64,000 nt of DNA. It comes from Desulfobacterales bacterium. Its GTDB lineage: Bacteria > Desulfobacterota > Desulfobacteria > Desulfobacterales > UBA2174. The position numbers were made by a program, and so were the translations under genes. The stretch is taken from the NCBI GenBank assembly GCA_963668645.2, contig CAXXWC010000019.1, positions 160,001-224,000 of the forward strand, given 5' to 3'. Below the pieces are notes generated by a model. That model had not been told where the DNA came from. It saw only the letters and a list, made by a program, of their open reading frames with translations, and did no database searches. Positions 40,987 to 49,490 of the stretch are shown here, in pieces (position 1 is the stretch's first letter; each line of letters opens with the position of its first letter).

Positions 40987-42966
40987 ATGGCCTCCAACGG
41001 GGAAAAAGATCCGGTCGACAATCTGATTGACAAACTGCGAACCTTCTTCGGGGTGGACAACCATTCGCGAAAAAAGATGTCGCTGCCATTTAAGAATAGT
41101 TCCAGAATCTGGTATCTCGTCATCGCTGTGATTGTATTCTCTTATCTGCAACCGTTGCTGTTTTCTTCAAAAACAGAGGCGATTTCCTATAGTCAATTCA
41201 AACAGTATGTCGACCAGAAAATTGCGGGCGAATTGATCATTGGCCCTGAAAGCATCAAAGGCACCCTGGCAGGATCACCCAAAAGAGCCTTTGTCACCGT
41301 TCGGGTGAATGATCCGGATCTGGTCAAGGAACTGGATGAACGCAAAATCAGCTATTCGGGACAGTATGAAAATAGATTTCTGAGCAGCCTCATATCCTGG
41401 ATTCTGCCCCTTGGCATCTTTTTTTTGATCTGGCGGTTTGCCATAAAAAAAATGGGAACGGGAATGGGGGTCATGTCTTTTTCCAAGAGCAAGGCCAAAA
41501 TTTTCGCACAAAGCGACACCAAGGTCTCTTTTGCCGATGTGGCCGGCATCGATGAGGCCCGGGAAGAACTTGAAGAAGTGGTCGAATTTCTCAGAACCCC
41601 GGAGAAATTTCAGAAACTGGGGGGCAGAATCCCCAAAGGGGTGCTGCTGGTCGGCCCGCCGGGAACCGGCAAAACCCTTCTGGCCCGGGCCGTGGCCGGG
41701 GAGGCCAAAGTGCCATTCTTTTCCATCAGCGGGTCCGAATTCGTGGAGATGTTCGTCGGCGTTGGCGCGGCCCGCGTTCGTGATCTGTTCTCGCAGGCCG
41801 CGGCCCAGGCACCTTGTATCATCTTCATCGATGAACTGGATGCCCTTGGCAAAGCCCGCGGGATGAATGTGATGGGCGGGCATGACGAACGCGAACAAAC
41901 GCTGAACCAGCTCCTGGTGGAGATGGACGGGTTCGAAACGAACAAAGGGGTCATCATCATGGCAGCCACCAACCGGCCGGAAATCCTCGATCCGGCTTTG
42001 CTGCGCCCCGGACGCCTGGACCGGCAGGTCCTGGTGGACCGTCCGGATATCAACGGGCGGGAGGCCATCTTGAAAATCCATTCCCGGAACGTTGAACTGG
42101 GACCCGACGTCGATCTACGCCAGATCGCCGGCCGCACCCCGGGCTTCGTGGGCGCGGACCTGGCCAACATCATCAATGAAGCGGCGCTGCTGGCGGCCCG
42201 CAACGATAAAGAAAAAGTTGAACCGATCGATTTCGACGAGGCCATCGACCGGGTGGTCGCGGGCCTTCAGAAAAAAAACCGGGTAATGAGTGCTCAGGAG
42301 AAGAAAATTGTCGCCTTTCATGAATCCGGGCACGCCATTGTGGCCGAATCTGTCGAGCATGCCGATCCGGTGCATAAAATATCGATCATTCCCCGCGGAA
42401 TTGCGGCGCTTGGATATACCCAACAGCAGCCAACGGAGGACCGCTATTTATTGACGCGCTCGGAGTTGATCGATCGCCTGGCCGTTCTTTTAGGTGGCCG
42501 GGTCGCCGAGGAGTTGGTGTTTAATGAAATCTCCACCGGGGCGCAGAACGACCTGCAACGGGCCTCCGACATTGCCCGGGCCATGGTGACGGAATACGGC
42601 ATGAGCGATCTTCTGGGTCTGGTGAGCTATGAACGTTCGCCTCAACCGATGTTTTTTCCGGGAAATTATTCTTCCCATGGTCAAAAATACAGCGAAGCCA
42701 AAGCCACACAAATTGACGCCGAAATCACACGATTCGTCGATGAAGCCCATCAGCGTGTGCGCAAAATCCTCTCGGAACGACGAACGGTCCTCGACGATCT
42801 GGCCAAGCTCCTTTCGGAAAAGGAAAGCGTGCAGGGAGAGGAGCTCAGAACGATGCTCTCGGCGGCCGGGCCATTGCCATCGTCTGTTGGGTTAACTCAA
42901 AGCAATACCGTAAAGGGAGGTATGGTTTTACACAATCAGAATTGGGAGAAGCCGCATGAAGCCTAA
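40987..42966 (+). CDS. ftsH: ATP-dependent zinc metalloprotease FtsH (probably an accessory paralog)
   Basis: [35 protein letters not shown]. Confidence 0.95.
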   Translation: MASNGEKDPVDNLIDKLRTFFGVDNHSRKKMSLPFKNSSRIWYLVIAVIVFSYLQPLLFSSKTEAISYSQFKQYVDQKIAGELIIGPESIKGTLAGSPKRAFVTVRVNDPDLVKELDERKISYSGQYENRFLSSLISWILPLGIFFLIWRFAIKKMGTGMGVMSFSKSKAKIFAQSDTKVSFADVAGIDEAREELEEVVEFLRTPEKFQKLGGRIPKGVLLVGPPGTGKTLLARAVAGEAKVPFFSISGSEFVEMFVGVGAARVRDLFSQAAAQAPCIIFIDELDALGKARGMNVMGGHDEREQTLNQLLVEMDGFETNKGVIIMAATNRPEILDPALLRPGRLDRQVLVDRPDINGREAILKIHSRNVELGPDVDLRQIAGRTPGFVGADLANIINEAALLAARNDKEKVEPIDFDEAIDRVVAGLQKKNRVMSAQEKKIVAFHESGHAIVAESVEHADPVHKISIIPRGIAALGYTQQQPTEDRYLLTRSELIDRLAVLLGGRVAEELVFNEISTGAQNDLQRASDIARAMVTEYGMSDLLGLVSYERSPQPMFFPGNYSSHGQKYSEAKATQIDAEITRFVDEAHQRVRKILSERRTVLDDLAKLLSEKESVQGEELRTMLSAAGPLPSSVGLTQSNTVKGGMVLHNQNWEKPHEA

Positions 42967-43174
42967 ACTCATTATTGGAGCCGCCCTGGCAGGATTGGTT
43001 CTGGTATTTACCATCCAGAATGTCACCGTCATGAATCTGAGGTTCTTATTCTGGACGCTGTCGATTCCCGGCGCATTGCTGATGCTATTGATTCTGTCAG
43101 TAGGCGTCATTCTGGGCTGGCTGCTCAATAGCGCCTTCGGCAGAAGACAAAGTGATAAATCCGGCTCAAGTTAA
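42956..43174 (+). CDS. LapA/DUF1049-like small membrane protein
   Basis: VFTIQN..V..FLFW, two TM helices; overlaps ftsH end. Confidence 0.75.
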   Translation: MKPKLIIGAALAGLVLVFTIQNVTVMNLRFLFWTLSIPGALLMLLILSVGVILGWLLNSAFGRRQSDKSGSS

Positions 43175-43199
43175 GTGAAGATATGCGATATTATTGATA

Positions 43200-44058
43200 G
43201 AAGCCATCTCAAAAAACCGGAGTAGGATTTTAGCACACCCAAGCAACAGCATGCCCAGGAAATTGTCCGAATGGTATTCCCATCGAACCGTCAACCGCCT
43301 GAAATTTTGAAGCCAGGCAAACAGACGCTCGACTTTCCATCGGCGCCGGTAGCGCCTGAGCTTCCGGCCGTCCTTGGTTTTCGGCTTGTGCCGGTTGCTA
43401 CGGTGCGGGGCGATCAGCTCAACGCCCCGTTCATGCATAAGCCGCTCATCGAGCCCGTCGCTGTCGTAGGCCTTGTCACCGATCAGCCTGTCCGGAGCAT
43501 GTTCGACAAAACCGCTGTCGATGGTCTGATCGACCAGCGTCACTTCGTGGGGAGAAGCACTTGCCACGTTTGCGGCGACAGGAATACCAGAAGCGTCCGC
43601 GATTGCCATGATGTTGGTGCCCTTGCCACGCTTTGTCTTGCCGACAGCAGGACCCCTTTTTTTGCCGGTACAAAGGTCCCGTCGATGAACGCTTCGCGGA
43701 TATCGATTCCGCCGCGCTCGTGTACAGGTCCTCTGCCATCTGCCGGACAATGCGCCGAAAGACACCTTGCCGGACCTATTGCTGGAAGCGCCGGTGGCAA
43801 GTCTGGTACGGTGGATATCGCTGAGGCAAATCCTTCCAGGGAGCCCCTGTTCTTAAAATCCACAGAATGCCGTCTAAAACCTCCCGTGGATCGCGGGCTG
43901 GGCGTCCCCTCGGGTCTCTCGGAGGCCTTGTTGACAGAATCATGGGCTCTAACCGCTTCCACTGTTCGTTTTTGCGTTCCATCCTGATTTTATTACATAA
44001 TCAGTACGTTATGTCTAGATTTTTTTGAGTATGGTCTGCATTTTTTTGAGATAGCTTA
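43200..44058 (-). mobile_element. IS5-family (IS427-like) element with inactivated transposase
   Basis: 17-bp IRs GAAGCCATCTCAAAAAA / TAAGCTATCTCAAAAAA flanked by [15 protein letters not shown]7G4 slip site, [19 protein letters not shown]; premature TAG 43776-43778. Confidence 0.9.
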
Positions 44059-44192
44059 TAGAAAAGACCGTCGAGAATCGCGACATCGAAAGGGAAGTAA
44101 ACGTAGAAGAGGACAGGCAAGCTGCCTTCAGAGCATCACGGTGTCAAACGCAATAGGTAACCAATAACCGCCAACACCTTAAGGAGATAAAA

Positions 44193-44801
44193 ATGAAACG
44201 AATGGCTTTTCAAGCGGGCCTTGCCTCGGGATTGCTGGGCGTACTTATTTTTATGGCCGCACCAGCGACGGCACAAAAGCCCTCGTGGAACGGCCACGGC
44301 GATCAAGGCTGGGGTTCTCCAAAAGCGGACGGCCAGCAGTCGTCACAACGTGTGCAGTCGAAAGACCGTGGCAGGCAATCCCAGGGTCAGGGCGATCATT
44401 ATCTCAAAGGAGCCCAGGACCGGGATGCGCGCAATCGGCATGCGGACCAACACCAGCGTGCATCAAGGCGGGATGACCGCTATGACCGTCATTTCGCTAA
44501 TCACGACCGGTCGTCCATCGATCGCTACTATTCGGAACACTATCGCAAGGGCCGGTGCCCCCCGGGTCTGCGCAAAAAGGGTCACGACTGCTTGCCGCCG
44601 GGACAGGCCAGGCAATGGGTGCGGCATCAGCCCCTACCCCGGGATGTAATCTTCTATGACCTGCCCCAGGATGTCCTGGTGTACCTCGGCCCGCCGCCGC
44701 CCCACCACCGTTTCGTGCGCGTGGCCCAAGACATCCTGTTGATCACCGTGGGCACGGGAATCGTCATGGATGCCATCGAGGACCTGGGTCGGGGCCACTG
44801 A
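44193..44801 (+). CDS. Exported RcnB-like protein (CPPGL motif)
   Basis: Signal peptide, low-complexity linker, CPPGLRKK..CLPPGQA. Confidence 0.7.
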   Translation: MKRMAFQAGLASGLLGVLIFMAAPATAQKPSWNGHGDQGWGSPKADGQQSSQRVQSKDRGRQSQGQGDHYLKGAQDRDARNRHADQHQRASRRDDRYDRHFANHDRSSIDRYYSEHYRKGRCPPGLRKKGHDCLPPGQARQWVRHQPLPRDVIFYDLPQDVLVYLGPPPPHHRFVRVAQDILLITVGTGIVMDAIEDLGRGH

Positions 44802-44870
44802 CACACCGCTAAGGTGTGTTGCCATGGAGATAAAACGGTCTGGCCGCAGAAGGCGGCAGAAAGGAGCATC

Positions 44871-45029
44871 ATGTCACTTGGCACCATACTGCTGATCATT
44901 TTGATACTGGCGCTTTTGGGCGTAATCCCCATCTGGCCCCACAGTCGTTCATGGGGGTATACGCCCAGCGGTGGCGTCGGGCTGATCTTGGTCATTATTG
45001 TAATCCTGCTTCTCATCGGTAGAATTTGA
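44871..45029 (+). CDS. DUF3309-family small membrane protein
   Basis: LLG.IP.WPHSRSWGY.PSGG; AAGGAG RBS. Confidence 0.85.
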   Translation: MSLGTILLIILILALLGVIPIWPHSRSWGYTPSGGVGLILVIIVILLLIGRI

Positions 45030-45067
45030 CATCTGACATCAACCCCGCTCAAAAAGGAATAACGAAC

Positions 45068-45382
45068 ATGAGAAAGCAAATCAGAGTTACTGGCTTTTTG
45101 GTCACGCTTCTGTTCATCGCGATCTTGGTGGCCTGCGCATCCACAACCAAACAGGAAAGCACCGGACAATACGTAGACGATTCGGTCATTACCACCAAGG
45201 TGAAATCTCAACTCGCAGGAGATGATTTTCTCAAGTCGTTTCAGATCAGTGTCGAAACCTTCAAGGGTACCGTGCAACTAAGCGGCTTCGTCAATTCAGA
45301 AATGGCGTCCGATAAAGCGAGTCAAATCGCCTACGGCGTCGGTGGGGTCAGATCCGTCAAAAATGATCTGATTGTGAAGTAG
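45068..45382 (+). CDS. BON-domain lipoprotein (OsmY-like)
   Basis: LVAC lipobox, VDDSVITTKVK, VQLSGFV, GVRSVKNDL. Confidence 0.9.
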   Translation: MRKQIRVTGFLVTLLFIAILVACASTTKQESTGQYVDDSVITTKVKSQLAGDDFLKSFQISVETFKGTVQLSGFVNSEMASDKASQIAYGVGGVRSVKNDLIVK

Positions 45383-45484
45383 GTTTCCGAACCTACAGTA
45401 AGGGAGCGCCGTGTCAACAAGAAGTATCTATTTTATATTAATGTACTGACACTTATACTTGAATTAATTGCGCAAGGGGGAAAA

Positions 45485-46417
45485 ATGAAAAAAATTATCG
45501 TTTCATTGGCGTGTATGGCATTTTGCTTGGCAATAAGTTTGCCTTCCTGGTCTGTTGAATTATCCGCAGACACTGTGCAGGCCAATAAGGTGCCGGCAAG
45601 TTATGCAACCGTAAAGGGGGGAAACGTCGTTTTCGGACAATCGGTAACAGCGTACAGCCCCGAACCGTTGGACATGGTCCTCACCGCTTATGGCGGCACC
45701 TTGTCGCCGGATGCCAAGGTCCCGGCAAGTTATGCAACCGTAAAAGGGGGAAACGTTGTTTTCGGGAAAACGACGACTATATACAGTCCGGATTTGACGC
45801 ATGAAATCCTGAGCGCCTACGGATTTACAACCACACCTGAGGCGATGGCAGAACTTAAAGATCCGTCCAGTTATGCAACCGTAAAAGGGACGAAAATCGT
45901 TTTCGGAGAATCGGCAACGGCATACAGCCCGGAAGAATTCAACATGCTGATGGCCGCTTATCAGCTACCTGCCGAGCCGGTGGCTGCCCCAGAGCCGGTT
46001 GTCGTCCCGGCGCCTACAAAGCCCGTGGTTTTAGCCCCTGCGGCTCAGCCGGAACTCGTTTTTCTCGCTTTGGAGAACATTTATTTCAATTTCAACAAAT
46101 CTACTCTTACACCGGAAGCGAAGGCGAACCTGAAAAGAAATTTTCAGATTCTGACCAAAAACCCTAAAGCCAGAATCCGTATTGCCGGTTATGCTTCCGC
46201 CTCCGGCTCAGATGCCTACAACCAAAAGCTGAGTGAAAGAAGGGCCGAAAACGTCAAGGAATACCTCGTTAACGAAGGGATTATTTCACGGGACAGGCTT
46301 GTCACGATCGGCTATGGCGAGACAAACGCGGCGATGTATGAAGCCACACCCAAAAAGGTTAACTCAGAGGCAGCCAAGGCAAACAGGAGGGTCGTTTTTG
46401 AAATCCTCGATAAATAG
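45485..46417 (+). CDS. OmpA-family peptidoglycan-binding protein with three N-terminal repeats
   Basis: IYFNFNKS, YNQKLSERRA, GYGE, NRRV; signal peptide. Confidence 0.85.
   Translation: MKKIIVSLACMAFCLAISLPSWSVELSADTVQANKVPASYATVKGGNVVFGQSVTAYSPEPLDMVLTAYGGTLSPDAKVPASYATVKGGNVVFGKTTTIYSPDLTHEILSAYGFTTTPEAMAELKDPSSYATVKGTKIVFGESATAYSPEEFNMLMAAYQLPAEPVAAPEPVVVPAPTKPVVLAPAAQPELVFLALENIYFNFNKSTLTPEAKANLKRNFQILTKNPKARIRIAGYASASGSDAYNQKLSERRAENVKEYLVNEGIISRDRLVTIGYGETNAAMYEATPKKVNSEAAKANRRVVFEILDK
45587..45961 (+). repeat. Three intragenic repeats with 129 and 141 bp spacing
   Basis: AGTTATGCAACCGTAAA at 45599, 45728, 45869; peptide SYATVKG..VFG...YSP. Confidence 0.9.
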
Positions 46418-46533
46418 ACACTACAGGTCGCGGCCCATCCTAGTCGGTGACGGGAATAAGACCGGATAGGTCATACTTTAAAATCGGCTTCAATGCGGAA
46501 GGCTGCATTGAAGCCGATCAAGCGATCGGCAAT

Positions 46534-46911
46534 ATGAAAAAGATTTTGATTTCAACGATTGTCATGGTGTTTTTACTGATGGCCTGTACGGTGATGGCGA
46601 TGGGACGACGCGGCCCAGGTGTGGACGTAGTCTTGACCATCCCCGTTTTACCGTCCATCGTGGTGATGGAGCAGGAACCCTACTATTACCATCAGGGCTA
46701 TCACTATCATTACACAAACGACCGGTGGTACTACTCGAGGTCAAAAGGCGGACCCTGGACCGACTTGCCAAGAAACCACTGGGCCAAAGAGGTCAAATAC
46801 AAAAAAGATCACTGGAAATATGACGACGGTCGAAAGCAATATCACCGGGACGATAACCGTGGCCACGACCAGCGGAAAGACGACCGAGGCCGCGATCAGC
46901 GACGCCAATGA
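46534..46911 (+). CDS. Hypothetical exported Tyr/His-rich protein
   Basis: Signal peptide; YYYHQGYHYHY..WYY..GPW; charged tail. Confidence 0.65.
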   Translation: MKKILISTIVMVFLLMACTVMAMGRRGPGVDVVLTIPVLPSIVVMEQEPYYYHQGYHYHYTNDRWYYSRSKGGPWTDLPRNHWAKEVKYKKDHWKYDDGRKQYHRDDNRGHDQRKDDRGRDQRRQ

Positions 46912-47152
46912 TATTGCCTTGTTTGAAGTGACATCCACTGATGGATTCTCCCCAAAAGCCCATCAGCGGAAAGTGCCAAGAACGCTTTTCACGACGCGGC
47001 CTCACGGTTCACTTAACTTCTATGTCGGAGGGCACGGAAGGTCATGGCTGAAAAACCAAAACGTTTCCGGGAATAGGCGCTACGGGTTGCGGCCGATCTC
47101 CCTGGCGGTTGCTCGCAATCCGTTCGCATTTTCCTGAATAAAGGAGAAATAA

Positions 47153-47614
47153 ATGACATACGCTATCAATACCGTTGAAAACCAGGCACCAGTCTTGGCC
47201 GCGGGTGGCAGGCTGCCCCATCATCCTCTGCGCTGCCTGGTGGTCGATGATAACCCGACTATTCTCAAATGCATGGCCGATTTGCTCTCTGAACTCGGAT
47301 TCCAGGAGGTGGATACCGCCCAAAAGAAACCGGAATTGATGAACAAGTTAAACACCGGCCCCTACGATCTATTGGTTACAGACCTGGAGATGCCGGACAT
47401 GAATGGGTTCAATCTCTCCAATATGATAAAAAACTGGGTGCCTGAAACCAAAGTAATCCTTATGACCGGTCGTCATAAGGACGAATGCCTTGCAATGATG
47501 GACGTGCGGGAGGCGAACGGATGGCTTTTCAAGCCATTTGGATTGAACGAACTGCACTATGAACTGGTAGGATTGGGATTGTCCGAACAGTTAGAGTCCA
47601 TTCACATGTTGTAA
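47153..47614 (+). CDS. Single-domain response regulator
   Basis: LVVDD, TDLEMPDMNG, MTG, KPF; AAGGAG RBS. Confidence 0.88.
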   Translation: MTYAINTVENQAPVLAAGGRLPHHPLRCLVVDDNPTILKCMADLLSELGFQEVDTAQKKPELMNKLNTGPYDLLVTDLEMPDMNGFNLSNMIKNWVPETKVILMTGRHKDECLAMMDVREANGWLFKPFGLNELHYELVGLGLSEQLESIHML

Positions 47615-47691
47615 GTCGATTGGGTGGGCGCCAAGCACTTTGGGGGCACGTCAGATCTGCTTTCTACCCATTCCGGCCCAAGCTCAACCGT

Positions 47692-47839
47692 TGGTCGCAT
47701 ATGATCAATGGTCATATATGACCACTTCCATTGACCGCGTTCGCTGTGCCTCTCAATGCCCGTTCCATCACATCTCTTCATTAATACAGCCGAATTTTAC
47801 TAAAACGGCAGACACTCGATTTCAGGCACGATTTTTGAG
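47692..47839 (+). promoter_or_regulatory. Candidate sigma54 promoter with tandem-palindrome enhancer (copy 2)
   Basis: TGGTCGCATATGATCA-A-TGGTCATATATGACCA at 47692-47724; AGGCACGATTTTTGAG at 47824-47839. Confidence 0.65.
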
Positions 47840-47928
47840 AAGATAGACCAATAGGAAGGTGGATCGGCGAGCAAGAACGGAACCAAGAGGGTCGAACAAG
47901 GGCAGGAATACATCGGAAAGGAAACATC

Positions 47929-48207
47929 GTGTCAACGAGATTGGAATCAAAGGATATCGAGCAATTACTGGCACAGGCCGATGAACTCATCCAACGGATA
48001 AATTCGGATTCCCACAAGGAGATGAAAGAAGAGCATCTTCTGCAATTTAAGATGCACGCTCAAAAATTGAAAAAACTAAAATCCGAGGTCCAAGGCCGTA
48101 TTGAAACAAAAGAAACATCGAAAACGGACTACGGCGCGGAAGGTTTCCATGAAGCGATTGTTGATATTGTTGCGGCCATGCAGGATTTGACAAAATTCCT
48201 GACCTGA
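47929..48207 (+). CDS. Hypothetical helical protein
   Basis: AAGGA RBS plus GTG; 92-aa amphipathic ORF after candidate promoter. Confidence 0.6.
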   Translation: MSTRLESKDIEQLLAQADELIQRINSDSHKEMKEEHLLQFKMHAQKLKKLKSEVQGRIETKETSKTDYGAEGFHEAIVDIVAAMQDLTKFLT

Positions 48208-48242
48208 TTCCGATCGAAACGCTATTGGATGAAAGAGTAATT

Positions 48243-48430
48243 ATGAAAGATCCCAATACCGAAAACCAGGTTCACCTCGTCAACGCCGAACTGGGCAGGC
48301 GTGTTGCCTTGATAGCGGGCAACTTGCTGGAGAAGACCAGCGTCGTGGAGGCGCTGCAAGATTCCGAAAAGCGCTACCGGCGGCTCTTTGAATCGGCCAA
48401 GGACGGTATCTTGATTCTGGATGCGGGACC
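48243..48430 (+). pseudogene. Remnant of a PAS-domain sensor gene
   Basis: ALQDSEKRYRRLFESAKDGILILDA (PAS entry motif), after which similarity stops. Confidence 0.6.
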
Positions 48431-48490
48431 TGTTTTGCAGAAAAAAGACGAGCATAACCATTTCCTGCCTTGCCGGGCGAGCCAAGTGTC

Positions 48491-48792
48491 TAAAAAAGGG
48501 AATCGGCTATGTTGTCCTTCTGGTGCTCATCGCCAGCTTTGTGGCCAGTGCAGGGACATCCAGAAAGGAAAGCACCGGGTGAATTTGTTGACGATACGGT
48601 CATTGCGACCAAGGTAAAATCCGTGCTTGCAAAAGATGATTTTCTAAAGTCATTCCAGATCGGCATGACGACCTTCAAAGGCATCGTTCAACCGAACTGC
48701 TTTGTTGGCTCTCAAACTGCTGTCAACAAAGCGGGTGCGCACATAGCGTCAAAGGGGTTGTATCCGTTAAGAATAATATGCTGGTGAAATAG
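48491..48792 (+). pseudogene. Degenerate BON lipoprotein paralog
   Basis: IASFVASAGTSRKESTG / EFVDDTVIATKVK..DDFLKSFQI / VSVKNNMLVK split by two frameshifts; parallels 45068-45382. Confidence 0.8.
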
Positions 48793-48904
48793 GCAGGTGC
48801 TATTGCTCATCATAGATTCTGATCGCCGGTGTTGTTTCTTGAAAAAGAGACCGAACCATAAGGCAAATGTTTATTAACAACATGGAATAGAGGGAAAATT
48901 CATC

Positions 48905-49231
48905 ATGAAAAGTTTAGAAAATAAGGGCGAACATAAAATTGATGATCAAAAGGACAAGTATGTTGAGAAACGGAAGGCCCAGATTGACAAATGGAACGAT
49001 GATATTGAAGACCTGAATACCAAGATCACGTTGGCCGAAGCGGATGCCGAGGCCAAACTTGGGCACAAAGTGCATGTTGCCACTCTCAGACAACAACGTG
49101 ATGAGGCCAGGGCCAAGCTGACAGAGATTGAGGAAGCAGACGATGATCGATGGGAAGATCTCAAGGAGGGTCTGGAAAACATTTGGACAAATATCAGGTA
49201 CGGTTTCGAAAAAGTAAAAGCGAAGTTTTGA
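48905..49231 (+). CDS. Small coiled-coil protein (sll1863-like stress protein)
   Basis: KDKYVEKRKAQIDKW..WEDLKEGLENIW. Confidence 0.7.
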   Translation: MKSLENKGEHKIDDQKDKYVEKRKAQIDKWNDDIEDLNTKITLAEADAEAKLGHKVHVATLRQQRDEARAKLTEIEEADDDRWEDLKEGLENIWTNIRYGFEKVKAKF

Positions 49232-49490
49232 GTGACGGGCTCTTCACGTTGCCGTGACCGACACATTGGAATTTTTTATCAGAACCCTAGTCGCCGCCAA
49301 GCAAACGGATTCAGACAAACAGATTTTCACCGGCGAGCAGATGAGCCAGGGAAGCGGCCCCTCTGCCCGCCGTATAAGGGCATCGCCACTCAAAAGAGCT
49401 GGTTTCCATGAAAAGAGGTTTTGACATCATCAACGAGCCTTTTGTCGACGTAATCATAGCCGTTCTCGGTAAACTAGGAAAATATTCATC

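Noticed and set aside
45587..45961. Spaced repeats as a possible CRISPR array
   Set aside because: In-frame coding repeats with related intervening sequence, spacing too long, no cas genes
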